The translations under genes and the position numbers were made by a program. A stretch of 64,000 nucleotides of DNA, taken from Chloroflexia bacterium. GTDB taxonomy: Bacteria > Chloroflexota > Chloroflexia > QHBQ01 > JAICKM01. The DNA lies in assembly GCA_050998805.1 (NCBI GenBank), contig JBPCPV010000040.1, forward strand, positions 8,248 through 72,247, in the 5' to 3' direction. The notes under the pieces are model-generated. The model did no database searches, had not been told where the DNA came from, and saw only the letters and a program-made list of their open reading frames with translations. Shown here piece after piece: positions 10,000 through 19,525 of the stretch (the stretch's first letter is position 1; each line of letters starts with the position of its first letter).

Positions 10000-10308
10000 C
10001 TAGTCCTGGACTGCCGATACGGCCACCGCCTTCTTGGCCCTCGGCTTCGCGGGCGGCTTTGCGGGCGGCTTTGCGGCCGGTTTAACCGCAGTCTTTATGC
10101 CGGTGCGGCTGCGGGGCGGGGGTTCGGGCGTGCGCGGCGGCAGCGTCATGTTGTTCATGATCCGCTCCTGGATCACTTTGTTCAGCGTCTCTTCGGTGCC
10201 GTCGTCGTAGCGAACATTCAGCGTCGTTGACTTAACGTCAAGCACCGTATATGTTCCCCTGCGGTTAGTGTATTGTTGGCCTTTGACGAACTCAACCGTG
10301 TTGTTCAT
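10000..10308 (-). CDS. Small hypothetical protein with beta-rich N-domain and Lys/Pro/Ala-rich tail
   Basis: ATG after AAAGGG; plausible globular N-terminus and a KPAAKPPAKPPAKP tail. Confidence 0.7.
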   Translation of the reverse strand: MNNTVEFVKGQQYTNRRGTYTVLDVKSTTLNVRYDDGTEETLNKVIQERIMNNMTLPPRTPEPPPRSRTGIKTAVKPAAKPPAKPPAKPRAKKAVAVSAVQD

Positions 10309-10440
10309 GCGGGTGCCGTCCCTTTCCCGTGTACGATCTTATACAATCTCTGTTCCTCTCTAGCATAGCGAGCCGCAATGCCGTCTTGCCCTTCCTGCAT
10401 CCTCATTGTAGCACAAGCCCGGCACATCGGCAACCACCCC

Positions 10441-10474
10441 GACGAGATTCTTCGCTGCGCTCAGAATGACAGTG
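10441..10474. repeat. CGTC/TGTC-type REP-like palindromic element, copy 1
   Basis: GACGAGATTCTTCGCTGCGCTCAGAATGACAGTG, identical at 19387..19420, near-identical at 53040, 53165 and 59097. Confidence 0.85.
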
Positions 10475-10527
10475 GGGCATGATGGCTGACGGCTGATGGC
10501 TGACGGCTGACGGCTGAACGCTCACTA

Positions 10528-10536
10528 TGCTACAAT
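10528..10536 (+). promoter_or_regulatory. Extended -10 promoter (TGcTACAAT), 5 nt before GTG 10542; probable leaderless transcript
   Basis: Sequence CTATGCTACAATAGGGCGTG, with no Shine-Dalgarno. Confidence 0.5.
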
Positions 10537-10541
10537 AGGGC

Positions 10542-12464
10542 GTGCGAAAACAGGGATTGTGGGGCGATTTGCTGCGCGGCCTCCGTTCACCGTGGCTCTA
10601 CGTCTGCCTCGTTGCGGCGCTTGTGGTGTGGGGCCTCGCCTGGCAGACGCCGTCGAGCTATACGCTCGACGTTGGCGGCCGGCAGGACGACGCCTTCGTA
10701 AGCCATTTCTACGACAAGGAGCCTTCCCCCAACAGCCAGCCCCACCCCGACTTCACCTACCGCTGGACCAGGGCCGACAGCTCCCTCGACTGGCCCGGCC
10801 TCGGCCTCGGCAACCTCCCCGTCAGCGTCACCCTGCGCCTCGCCCCCGCTCCCGGAATTGCCTCGCCGGTTGTGACGGCGACAGTGCGCGGTCAAGCCTT
10901 CCCCATCGCCCTCGCGCCCGGCCTGCATGATTACAGCTTCCAGGTCGCCACGTCGGGCTTCTTCGAGACCGACTTCGAGATCCGCCTCCATACCCGCACC
11001 GTCAGCCCCCCCGGCGACGGGCGCGACCTCGGCGTGCTTGTGGACACCGCCACGCTTGCCCCCGCCGGCCCCGCCCCACCCCAGCCGACTGTGGTCCTGC
11101 CGGTGGCCGAGCTTCTGCGCTGGGCCGTGTCCCTCACCCTGCTCTGGCAGCTCGCCCACTGGCTGTCCGGCAGCGCCCGCGTTGCGACGATCCTCTCCGC
11201 GCTCGCCGTCCTCGTCGTCGCGTGGGGCATCCTGGCCGAACGCCCCAATCTCGGCCTCCTCGCTCCCGAAGTCCCCTGGCTCCTCCTCTCAGCCTACCCG
11301 GTCGCCCTCATCGGCTGCGTGGCCGCGACCTACCTCTCCCCCTATAGGGAAAGAAGCCGGGAGGTTAGGTGGACCGCAGCCGCCTTCGCTGCCGCCTACC
11401 TGCTGCGCGTCGGCGGCATGGTCTACCCTCAGTTCCGCACCAGCGACATCGGCCTCCACATCCACAACATTGAAAAGGTGCTGCGCGGAGTCCTCCTCTG
11501 GCAGGGGACTTTGCCGAACGGCGCGCCCTCGCCGTATCCGCCGCTGCCCTACATCGTGCTCGCGCCGTTCTCCGCGCTTCTGCCCGATCTGTCGCTGCTG
11601 CTGCGCGTAGGCGTCGGCCTGCTCGACGCTTCGTGTGTCCTGCCGCTCTTCTACCTCGGCTCCCGGCTGGCGGGTACACGCGCTGGGACGTGGGCGGCGT
11701 GGGTCTATGCGCTCCTGGTCGCGCCCTTCGCGCTTTTCTCGACGGGCGTTTTCTCCAACCTCTTCGGGCAGGCCGTCTTCACTTGGACGCTCGCCGCCTG
11801 GGGCGCGGCGCTGCTCGCACCTCGTGTCTCGCCGCGTCTCTGGGCCGCTCTGACGACCGGCTTTTTCTTGACATTCCTGAGTCACTATGGTATGCTGATT
11901 GCCGCCGTAGCTGTGGCCGGGCTGTTTGTGCTGTTCGCGCTCGTTGCTGGCCCGGCAGATATACGGAAGCGAGCATTAGGAGTGGCAGGGGCGTTGGCGG
12001 TGGCCGGGATCGCCGCGTTTTTGGTCTACTACATCACCGTCGTGGATCTGCTGTTCGCGCCGACCGGAGGCGTAAGCAGCAGCGGCGGGAGGGGCAGCTT
12101 CGATCTGCTCGGCCTGCCCGACCTGCTCCGTAGGCGGCTCGACCCCGACCTCGGCGCGCTTGCGCTACTATTGGCGCTGGCCGGCTGGCTCACCGCCGGA
12201 CGGCACGCTCGCGGTGTGATTCTGTTAACTGCCGCCGCAGCCGTAGCCGCGTTCGGCTTCGCGGGCGTCAGTATGGTTGTCGGCGACAACATCCGGTATG
12301 CGTTACTGCTCGCGCCGTTCGTGGCCCTCGGTGCCGGTCAGCTCCTGGCCCGCATCGCTGGCCGTGGTCGCCCTGGAACCGGCTGGGCAGTAGTCATACT
12401 GGCAATACTCTTCTGGCAGCTGTTGGGCGCGTGGCTGCCGCTCATCTTTACTCGCTATCACTAG
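10542..12464 (+). CDS. Multi-pass membrane protein, GT-C/PMT-like glycosyltransferase fold
   Basis: About 12 TM segments, PYPPLPY loop and an extracytoplasmic beta domain (YRWT...RDLGVLVD). Confidence 0.65.
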   Translation: MRKQGLWGDLLRGLRSPWLYVCLVAALVVWGLAWQTPSSYTLDVGGRQDDAFVSHFYDKEPSPNSQPHPDFTYRWTRADSSLDWPGLGLGNLPVSVTLRLAPAPGIASPVVTATVRGQAFPIALAPGLHDYSFQVATSGFFETDFEIRLHTRTVSPPGDGRDLGVLVDTATLAPAGPAPPQPTVVLPVAELLRWAVSLTLLWQLAHWLSGSARVATILSALAVLVVAWGILAERPNLGLLAPEVPWLLLSAYPVALIGCVAATYLSPYRERSREVRWTAAAFAAAYLLRVGGMVYPQFRTSDIGLHIHNIEKVLRGVLLWQGTLPNGAPSPYPPLPYIVLAPFSALLPDLSLLLRVGVGLLDASCVLPLFYLGSRLAGTRAGTWAAWVYALLVAPFALFSTGVFSNLFGQAVFTWTLAAWGAALLAPRVSPRLWAALTTGFFLTFLSHYGMLIAAVAVAGLFVLFALVAGPADIRKRALGVAGALAVAGIAAFLVYYITVVDLLFAPTGGVSSSGGRGSFDLLGLPDLLRRRLDPDLGALALLLALAGWLTAGRHARGVILLTAAAAVAAFGFAGVSMVVGDNIRYALLLAPFVALGAGQLLARIAGRGRPGTGWAVVILAILFWQLLGAWLPLIFTRYH

Positions 12465-12488
12465 CCGCGATCTGTTGACGACACGCCT

Positions 12489-13301
12489 ATGATGCGCCAT
12501 GACCTATACGAAGACCTCTACGTCAAGGAGCAGGACTACTGGTGGCACGTCGGCAAGCGGGCCATCGTCTACTCCCTCCTCGAAAAGTACCTGCCGTCTG
12601 GAGACAAGTCGGCGAGGCGCGCCCTCGACCTGGGATGCGGCACCGGCCTCAACCTCGACAGCCTCTCCCTCTACGCGCAGCCGATCGGCCTCGACAGCTC
12701 GGCCAAAGCCCTCGAGTTCTGCGCCCGGCGCGGCCACCGGCACCTAGTGCAGGCCTCATCGCTGCCTTTCGCCGACAACTCGTTCGATATAATCACCGCG
12801 CTCGACGTGATCGAACACCTTGACGACGACCTGGCGACGCTCCGCGAACTCTACCGCGTGATGCGCCCCGGCGGCCTGCTGATCATCAGCGTCCCAGCCT
12901 ACCGCGCCCTCTGGAGCTACTGGGACCAGATCCTCGGCCACCGCCGCCGCTATACCACGCGGGGGATGCGCCGGGTGACGCGGGCTGCCGGCTGGCGCGT
13001 CCGCAAAGTCAGCTACAGCAACCTCGCCATACTCCTGCCGACAGTTGGGATGCGCCTCGTCAAGGGCCTCCGCCACCGCCGGCACGAAACAGCGATGCCG
13101 ACCAGCGACAGCCCCGAGCAGATGACCTCCGACGGCCCCGGCACCGACTTCATTGACGTCCCAGGCTGGCTGAACCGCATGATGATCGGCTACTACCACG
13201 GAGAGAGCCGCGCCCTCCGCGAGGTCAACCTGCCGTTCGGCCTCTCGGTCGTCTGCGTCGCCCAGAAGCCAGGCCGCGCCCGCCCCCGCGCAAACAAATG
13301 A
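12489..13301 (+). CDS. Class I SAM-dependent methyltransferase
   Basis: ALDLGCGTG, FDIITALDVIEH, HRRRYT. Confidence 0.9.
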   Translation: MMRHDLYEDLYVKEQDYWWHVGKRAIVYSLLEKYLPSGDKSARRALDLGCGTGLNLDSLSLYAQPIGLDSSAKALEFCARRGHRHLVQASSLPFADNSFDIITALDVIEHLDDDLATLRELYRVMRPGGLLIISVPAYRALWSYWDQILGHRRRYTTRGMRRVTRAAGWRVRKVSYSNLAILLPTVGMRLVKGLRHRRHETAMPTSDSPEQMTSDGPGTDFIDVPGWLNRMMIGYYHGESRALREVNLPFGLSVVCVAQKPGRARPRANK

Positions 13302-14875
13302 CAGCCCGAACCGTCGCCGACCCCGCCGCGCCCCTCCTGAGTGAAGCGGAGGACCAGGCCCGAAGCGACCGGGTAGGGTCGTTTGCGGCATGGGTGGAGC
13401 GACTGGCTCCCAGTCTACTGTTCGCCGCGATGGCGCTGTATGTCGTCGTCTTCTTCGCCGCGTCGTTCTACAAATACGAGCACTTCGGCCAGGGCTACGA
13501 CCAGGTGGACTTCGAGCAAGCGATCTGGAACACGGTGCAGGGCCACCCATTCGAGGACTCCCGCTTCAACTTCACCGACTCGATCTTCGGCTTGGACTGG
13601 ATGCCTCTGCTCGCGGTTTTCGTGCCGTTTTATGCCTTGCTCCCATCGCCACACACCCTGTTTTTCCTCCAGATCCTGGCAGCTGCGGTCGGCGCGTGGC
13701 CGGTCTACCTGCTCGCCCGCGACCGGCTCGGCAGTGCCCGCGCCGGGCTGGTCTTCGGCCTCGCCTGGCTGCTCTACCCCACTGTCGAACATTCGGTGCT
13801 CGACCCGTTCCAGATCCGTATCTTCGCCACGGTGCTGCTGCTCTTTGCGCTGCTCTACTTCGAGCGCAGGCAGCTTTGGCCGTTCCTGCTCTGCTGCGGC
13901 CTCGCCATGCTCGCCCGAACCGATGTCGCGCTCGTCGTGATCATGTTCGGCGTCTACGCCCTCGTCGCGCGCCGTGGCTGGGGCTGGGTCGCCGCGCCCC
14001 TCATCCTCGGCCTCGGCTACTTCCTGCCTGTGATGACTCTCGTGCTCCCCGCGTTCGTCCACCTCCCTGCCGTCAACTGCGTCGGCCCGATCCCCGCCGA
14101 CCAGATCGACCACGTCTGGCCGGGCAGCAGCAACCCGAACCTCGGCTACTACCTCCAATGGGGCTGCACCCCCGGCATGATCGCCGTCAACCTCGTCAAA
14201 GACCCGCTCTACACGCTCGGCTACATGCTCGGCGACCTCCACAAGTGGATATACCTCGCCGACATGCTCGCGCCGCTCGCCTTCCTCTCACTGCTCGCCC
14301 CCGCGCGTCTCCTGCTCGCCCTGCCGATACTCGGCCTCAACCTGATCGCCTGGCGTCCGGCGCAGACCGAGTACAACAACCACTACCAGCTCCTGATCAC
14401 GGTCGGCGTGGTCTACGCGGCGGTCGCCGGTTTCGCGGTGGGGCTGCGCCGCTTCCCGCGCCGCCGAGATATACTGCTCGGCACGCTGCTCCTAGTCGCG
14501 GTCGTCGTCAACCTGCTGCTCCACAACCCGGTGAGCAGCGCCTTCCGCTTCCCGGAGAGTCCGGCGCGGATCGCCGCGGCGAGGGAGCTGATCGCCCAGG
14601 TGCCGCCGGGTGCCCATGTCGCTGCGTCGAGCCGGGTCGCGCCCCATCTGCTGCCGCGCCGCTACATCTATAACTTCCCGCCGGCACCCTACTCGCCCTA
14701 CACCATGAGCGACTTCGGCCCGCTCGACTACATCCTGGTGGACACCAACGCCCAGGAGAATAACTCGAATCTCCTGCCCGACGGCCGGACCGCTCTCCAG
14801 GCCCTCGCCGGCAGCCCGGAGTGGAAGCTGCAACAGGACGAGCAGCACTACCGGCTCTACGTTCGCACCCATTAA
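13298..14875 (+). CDS. DUF2079 family membrane protein (GT-C-like)
   Basis: YDQVDFEQAIWNT, PILGLNLIA...YNNHY, VAASSRVAPHL. Confidence 0.8.
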   Translation: MTARTVADPAAPLLSEAEDQARSDRVGSFAAWVERLAPSLLFAAMALYVVVFFAASFYKYEHFGQGYDQVDFEQAIWNTVQGHPFEDSRFNFTDSIFGLDWMPLLAVFVPFYALLPSPHTLFFLQILAAAVGAWPVYLLARDRLGSARAGLVFGLAWLLYPTVEHSVLDPFQIRIFATVLLLFALLYFERRQLWPFLLCCGLAMLARTDVALVVIMFGVYALVARRGWGWVAAPLILGLGYFLPVMTLVLPAFVHLPAVNCVGPIPADQIDHVWPGSSNPNLGYYLQWGCTPGMIAVNLVKDPLYTLGYMLGDLHKWIYLADMLAPLAFLSLLAPARLLLALPILGLNLIAWRPAQTEYNNHYQLLITVGVVYAAVAGFAVGLRRFPRRRDILLGTLLLVAVVVNLLLHNPVSSAFRFPESPARIAAARELIAQVPPGAHVAASSRVAPHLLPRRYIYNFPPAPYSPYTMSDFGPLDYILVDTNAQENNSNLLPDGRTALQALAGSPEWKLQQDEQHYRLYVRTH

Positions 14876-14891
14876 TTGTCGAGGTGAAACC

Positions 14892-16724
14892 ATGAAAACA
14901 AACCTTATCCTCATATCATGCTTGGCCCTGCTGCTGGTCGCCGTGGGAGAGGGCAGCCGCGCCCAAACCACGACCGGTGTCATCGTCTACGCCGGGGCCG
15001 ACCACAACATCCGGCGGATCGCCGCCGACGGCACGGATAAGCGCCGGCTCACCCAAGACGGCATGTCGGACAGCCCGGCGTGGCTGCCTGGCGGGGGACA
15101 GATCGCCTTCGCGTCGTTGCGGGACGGCAAGACCGTCTCCACGCCGAGCGGCACCGTCCAACTCAGCCAGATATACATCATGGCGTCCGACGGCAGCAGG
15201 CCGACGCGGATCTCCGACGGCACGGGCGACGACCGCTTCCCGGTCGCCACAGCCGACGGCTCCCGGATCCTCTTCCTGCGAACCCACGGCTGGGGTCTGT
15301 TGAAGGGCGCGCCGTCCGTGGTGACTGAAATCGCCGCGATGCGCCTCGACGGTAGCGGCTACCGCGCTTACAGCGTGCAGACACTCAAGACGGGAGAGCG
15401 AATCGACCGCTACCCGGCCCGCATCTCAGCCGACGGCACGAAGGTCGTCTTTATCCGCCAGGAGGCGGCGAACGCCGGGGGCATGATTGAACTGCTCGAT
15501 GTCGCCTCCAGTCAGGCCGCGCCGCTCTCGGTTGACCAGGACGCCAACACCCCGCCCGGCAGCGTGGAGTACCTCTGGCCCCGCTTCGACCCACAGGGCC
15601 GCATCGTTGTGTTTCGCCGCGCCTCCGCGCCCGGCTCGGCTTCCGCGAGCCTGATCAGCCTCGACCTTACCGGCAAGACCGTCGCCACGCTCGCTCGCGG
15701 CCTGATGCCGGAGGCACTGGCAAACGGCTTCGACGTGAACTGGGCCGGCAACACCCTGATCGCGGCCCGCGCCCCGGAACAGCCCGGCGGCCTGCGCCCC
15801 GAAGAAATCTACCTCTACGACCTGGCCGCGGGCCGCGCCGCGCCGCCGCTCACCGACGGCCACGCCCCCGCCTACATCGCCGCAGCAGGCCCCCCGGCAC
15901 CCGTAGGCGGCGCGACGCCCACCCCCGGCAAGCCTCTGATCGACACTCCCGACCCGCTTTTCTACGCCGCGTGGGAGCGGGTTGACCGCCCGGTGCGCGA
16001 GCATATCGCCGCCCGCTCTTGGATCTGGGGGCCGGTCGGTCGCGCGGTCGCCCAGGAGCCGTATGGCGACGGCACGCGGTTGGTGCAGTACTTCGATAAG
16101 GCGCGCATGGAGCTGAACCCCGCCGCTGGCGAGGCGCCCGCCTACGTGACTAACGGCCTGCTGGTGGTAGAGATGCTCAGCGGCCGGGTGCAGGTTGGCC
16201 CCACCCGCTACGAGACGCACGGCCCCGCACCGTTCCCCATCGGCGGCGACGCCGACGCGAACCCCGCCCCCTCCTACGCGGTGCTGGCCCACATCGCCTC
16301 TCTCAACGGAGAGAACAAAGCCGCGCCCGCCCTCCACACCCCGGTCACCACCACCCTCAGCAGCGGCGGCGCTCGCGGCACGATCACCTTCCCCGCGACC
16401 GAGCGGATCGGCTACTTCGCACCCGAGACCGGCCACAACATCCCCGAGGTCTTCTACAACTTCCTGAACCAGACCGGCAAAGTCTATGTCGGCGGCGGCT
16501 ACCACGACGCCCGCGTGCTCGACTGGATCTCCGCCGTCGGCTACCCGATCACCGAGCCGTACTGGACGCGGATGGCGATCGCCGGCAAGGTCCGCAACGT
16601 CATGGTCCAGGCATACCAGCGCCAGATCCTGACCTACATCCCCGATTACGCTCCGCCCTGGAACGTCCAGTTCGGCAACGTCGGCGTGCAGTACTATGCC
16701 TGGCGCTACGGCAGGCTCCCCTAG
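14892..16724 (+). CDS. Secreted TolB/PD40 beta-propeller protein with Chloroflexi-type C-terminal domain
   Basis: Signal peptide; SPAWLPGGGQIAF repeats; VQYFDKARME, ETGHNIP, GYPITEPYW. Confidence 0.8.
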   Translation: MKTNLILISCLALLLVAVGEGSRAQTTTGVIVYAGADHNIRRIAADGTDKRRLTQDGMSDSPAWLPGGGQIAFASLRDGKTVSTPSGTVQLSQIYIMASDGSRPTRISDGTGDDRFPVATADGSRILFLRTHGWGLLKGAPSVVTEIAAMRLDGSGYRAYSVQTLKTGERIDRYPARISADGTKVVFIRQEAANAGGMIELLDVASSQAAPLSVDQDANTPPGSVEYLWPRFDPQGRIVVFRRASAPGSASASLISLDLTGKTVATLARGLMPEALANGFDVNWAGNTLIAARAPEQPGGLRPEEIYLYDLAAGRAAPPLTDGHAPAYIAAAGPPAPVGGATPTPGKPLIDTPDPLFYAAWERVDRPVREHIAARSWIWGPVGRAVAQEPYGDGTRLVQYFDKARMELNPAAGEAPAYVTNGLLVVEMLSGRVQVGPTRYETHGPAPFPIGGDADANPAPSYAVLAHIASLNGENKAAPALHTPVTTTLSSGGARGTITFPATERIGYFAPETGHNIPEVFYNFLNQTGKVYVGGGYHDARVLDWISAVGYPITEPYWTRMAIAGKVRNVMVQAYQRQILTYIPDYAPPWNVQFGNVGVQYYAWRYGRLP

Positions 16725-16728
16725 CGGG

Positions 16729-17589
16729 ATGGAGAGCGATTTGGAGGCCGAGATCGCCGCCGCGATTGAACCGTGGCTGGCGCATATGCGCTGGCGGAAG
16801 GACTTCGCGTCATGGCGGCGGCGGCGGATACGGCAAGAGGACTACCAGGAGGCGAACGTGGCTGCCCTGCTTTCGGTGGTCGGAACCGGCTTCGGCGGCA
16901 AGCGGCTGCTCGATCTCGGCAGCGGCATGGGCGGCTTGTCGGTCGCCCTGGCGCGGGAGGGCGCGCAGGTCGTTGCGCTCGATTACAACACAGCCTACTG
17001 CGCCATCGCCCGGCTGCGCGCCCGCCGCTACGGCCTCACCCTGCCTCTGGTGGTCGGGGCAGGCGAGCACCTGCCCTTCCCTGCCGATAGCTTCGATGCC
17101 GTGATCAACCTCGACGTGCTGGAGCATGTCGCCGACCCTTCCCGCGTCGTCTCCGAGATCGCCCGCGTGCTGCGGCCCGGTGGCAGGTGCCTCACGAGCG
17201 CGCCGAACCGCTTCGCCTTCCGCGACGCCCACTACCACCTGCCCGGAATCAACTGGCTGCCGCGCCGGTTTGCCGAAGCCGTCATCCGGCGCACAGGCCG
17301 CTCGAAGGAAGCTGGCAGCCTGCTCACCGACCGCCAGGCGCTCTCCGCGCTCAACACCTACACCTGGGGTGGGTTCGCGGTCCTCGCCCGCCGGAACGGC
17401 CTACGCGCCGTAGACGAAGTGGAGGAGCGCCTCCGCCACGGTGAGATCCGCCAACTCACCGGCCTGCGCCGCGCCGTGCTCCGACTGGTGAGGCGGCTGG
17501 GGCTGCTGGTGCCGCTCTACTGCGCCTACCGCTTCGGCTGGCAGGGGACGTTCCAGGCGCGGTTCGAGAAGCCCCCGAAGCGCGGCTGA
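16729..17589 (+). CDS. Class I SAM-dependent methyltransferase
   Basis: LLDLGSGMG, LPFPADSFD, VLEHV, RVLRPGG. Confidence 0.88.
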   Translation: MESDLEAEIAAAIEPWLAHMRWRKDFASWRRRRIRQEDYQEANVAALLSVVGTGFGGKRLLDLGSGMGGLSVALAREGAQVVALDYNTAYCAIARLRARRYGLTLPLVVGAGEHLPFPADSFDAVINLDVLEHVADPSRVVSEIARVLRPGGRCLTSAPNRFAFRDAHYHLPGINWLPRRFAEAVIRRTGRSKEAGSLLTDRQALSALNTYTWGGFAVLARRNGLRAVDEVEERLRHGEIRQLTGLRRAVLRLVRRLGLLVPLYCAYRFGWQGTFQARFEKPPKRG

Positions 17590-17608
17590 GGCGGCCACAG
17601 GAACCCGA

Positions 17609-18787
17609 ATGACCCAAGCCTTCTCCTTCACCCTCGAAGCCACAGCGCCCGGCAGCCAGGCACGCGCCGGCCGCCTGCTCACGCCGCACGGGGAATGCCT
17701 CACGCCGCTCTTCATGCCGGTGGGCACCCAGGCGTCGGTCAAGGCGCTCGGGCCGGACGACCTGCGCGAGCTTGGCGCGACCTGCGTGCTCGGCAACACC
17801 TATCACCTCTACCTGCGCCCCGGAGACGAGGTGATCGCGGAGCTGGGCGGCCTCCACAGCTTCATGTCGTGGGACAGGCCGATGCTCACCGACAGCGGCG
17901 GCTACCAGGTCTTCAGCCTCAGCCACAACCGCAGTCTCGACGACGACGGCGTGACCTTCCGCTCCCACCTCGACGGCTCCCTCCACCGCTTCACTCCTGA
18001 GCGTGTGATCCGCCTCGAGGAGCAGATCGGTGCCGACATCATCATGGTCCTCGACGAATGTACGCCCTATCCGAGCGACGAGGCTTACAACCGGCAGGCG
18101 CTTCGCCGCACCCACGCCTGGGCCGCCCGCTGCTGGGCCGCGCATGGCGCTACCGGCCAGGCGCTTTTCGGCATCGTGCAGGGCGGGATGTTCGCGGAAC
18201 TCCGGCGAGAGAGCGCGCTCACCCTCGCCGAACTCGACTTCCCCGGCTACGCAGTCGGCGGCCTCAGCGTCGGCGAGCCGAAGGCGCTGATGCACGCCAT
18301 GCTCGAAGAGACCACGCCTCTCCTCCCCGCCGACAAGCCCCGCTACCTCATGGGCGTCGGCTCGCCGGAAGACCTTTGGGAGTGCGTCGCGCGTGGGATC
18401 GACATGTTCGACTGCGTGCTGCCCACGCGCCTCGCCCGCAACGGCGCGCTCCTCACCCGCGCCGGCCGGATGCCGGTCAAAAGCCCGCGCTTCGCTCGCG
18501 TGGACGGGCCAATCGAGGAAGGCTGCGACTGCTGGACCTGCCGCAACTTCTCCCTTGCCTACGTCCACCACCTCTACCGCACCAAAGAGCTGCTCGCCTA
18601 CCGCCTGAACAGCATACACAACCTCCGTTTCCTGATCCGCCTCACCGACGAGATCCGCCGCAGCATTCTCAACGGCACATTCAGCGAGCAGCGCGCCTCC
18701 TTCCTTGCCGAGTACCAACCAGCTGACCTGGAGAAGGCCCGCGAGCAGCGCGCGCTCTGGCTGACGGCTCACGGCCGCGCCCAGTAA
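17609..18787 (+). CDS. tgt: Queuine tRNA-ribosyltransferase (tRNA-guanine transglycosylase)
   Basis: TPLFMPVGT, TDSGGYQVFSL, GIDMFDCVLPTR and the CxCxxC...H zinc site. Confidence 0.97.
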   Translation: MTQAFSFTLEATAPGSQARAGRLLTPHGECLTPLFMPVGTQASVKALGPDDLRELGATCVLGNTYHLYLRPGDEVIAELGGLHSFMSWDRPMLTDSGGYQVFSLSHNRSLDDDGVTFRSHLDGSLHRFTPERVIRLEEQIGADIIMVLDECTPYPSDEAYNRQALRRTHAWAARCWAAHGATGQALFGIVQGGMFAELRRESALTLAELDFPGYAVGGLSVGEPKALMHAMLEETTPLLPADKPRYLMGVGSPEDLWECVARGIDMFDCVLPTRLARNGALLTRAGRMPVKSPRFARVDGPIEEGCDCWTCRNFSLAYVHHLYRTKELLAYRLNSIHNLRFLIRLTDEIRRSILNGTFSEQRASFLAEYQPADLEKAREQRALWLTAHGRAQ

Positions 18788-19050
18788 GCGGTAGTGCGGT
18801 AGTGCGTAGCAGTGGACGTTGGATACGGCTGTAATGTAAAGGCGGTGAGTGGTAGCGGCCTGCGGCACGATGGGCCTGGCGTGGTTGTCGGTTAGCTGAA
18901 GGATCGATAATCTGCGCCTGAGAATTGGTAATAATTTGGAAACGCGGTTCCAGGCACGGATCGGGCAAAAAGTTATCAGTTCCGTGCCTGGCGCGAGCTG
19001 ATAATTATTGGTTAGTGGTCGGTGGTCGGTGGTGTAGGCGGTAGGCAGAG

Positions 19051-19068
19051 ATACTCCGATCGGAGTAT
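19051..19068. repeat. Perfect 18-bp palindrome ATACTCCGATCGGAGTAT
   Basis: Self reverse-complementary; a half-site ATACTCCGA recurs near 19248. Confidence 0.7.
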
Positions 19069-19386
19069 TTTTGGGAAACGGGACAAAATCGCCCGGCGAG
19101 CGTCGGGGAGCGGGGCCGCGCCACTCCTATTTTAGGCACGGAGTAGGATGTTTTCGGCTCAATATTTTTACCCTCTCACTTTTAATATCCATTTCGGGGG
19201 TCATTTACTGCCAGATTCTGAGGGTTTTGGGGACGTCGGAAGGAAAGATACTCCGAAAGACCTAGACGATTGCGGAGTGCGGAGTGCGGAGCGCGGACGG
19301 GGTATGGGAAGGATCCCCGGGCGGAGCCGTGTCTGTGGGAGAGCGGCTCCGCCCTCGATGCGCTAGCCATCAGCGATCAGCCGTCG

Positions 19387-19420
19387 GACGAGATTCTTCG
19401 CTGCGCTCAGAATGACAGTG
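19387..19420. repeat. CGTC/TGTC-type REP-like element, copy 2
   Basis: Identical to 10441..10474. Confidence 0.85.
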
Positions 19421-19456
19421 GTGGTGGGGACGCACTACGCACTACGCACTACGCTC

Positions 19457-19501
19457 TTGACATCCGCAAGTTTGCGCGTTATAATTTAGCGTGTGCTAAA
19501 T
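19457..19501 (+). promoter_or_regulatory. Consensus sigma70 promoter with a candidate ArsR/SmtB operator immediately downstream
   Basis: TTGACA(19457)-17 nt-TATAAT(19480); inverted repeat ATTTAGC-GTGT-GCTAAAT at 19484..19501. Confidence 0.8.
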
Positions 19502-19525
19502 CGAGCAACTGAAAGGAGTGCTGCT

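Noticed and set aside
19484-19525. CIRCE-like (HrcA) element suggested by TTAGC...GCTAA and GAGTGCT
   Set aside because: Spacing and sequence do not fit TTAGCACTC-N9-GAGTGCTAA; an ArsR operator is more parsimonious.
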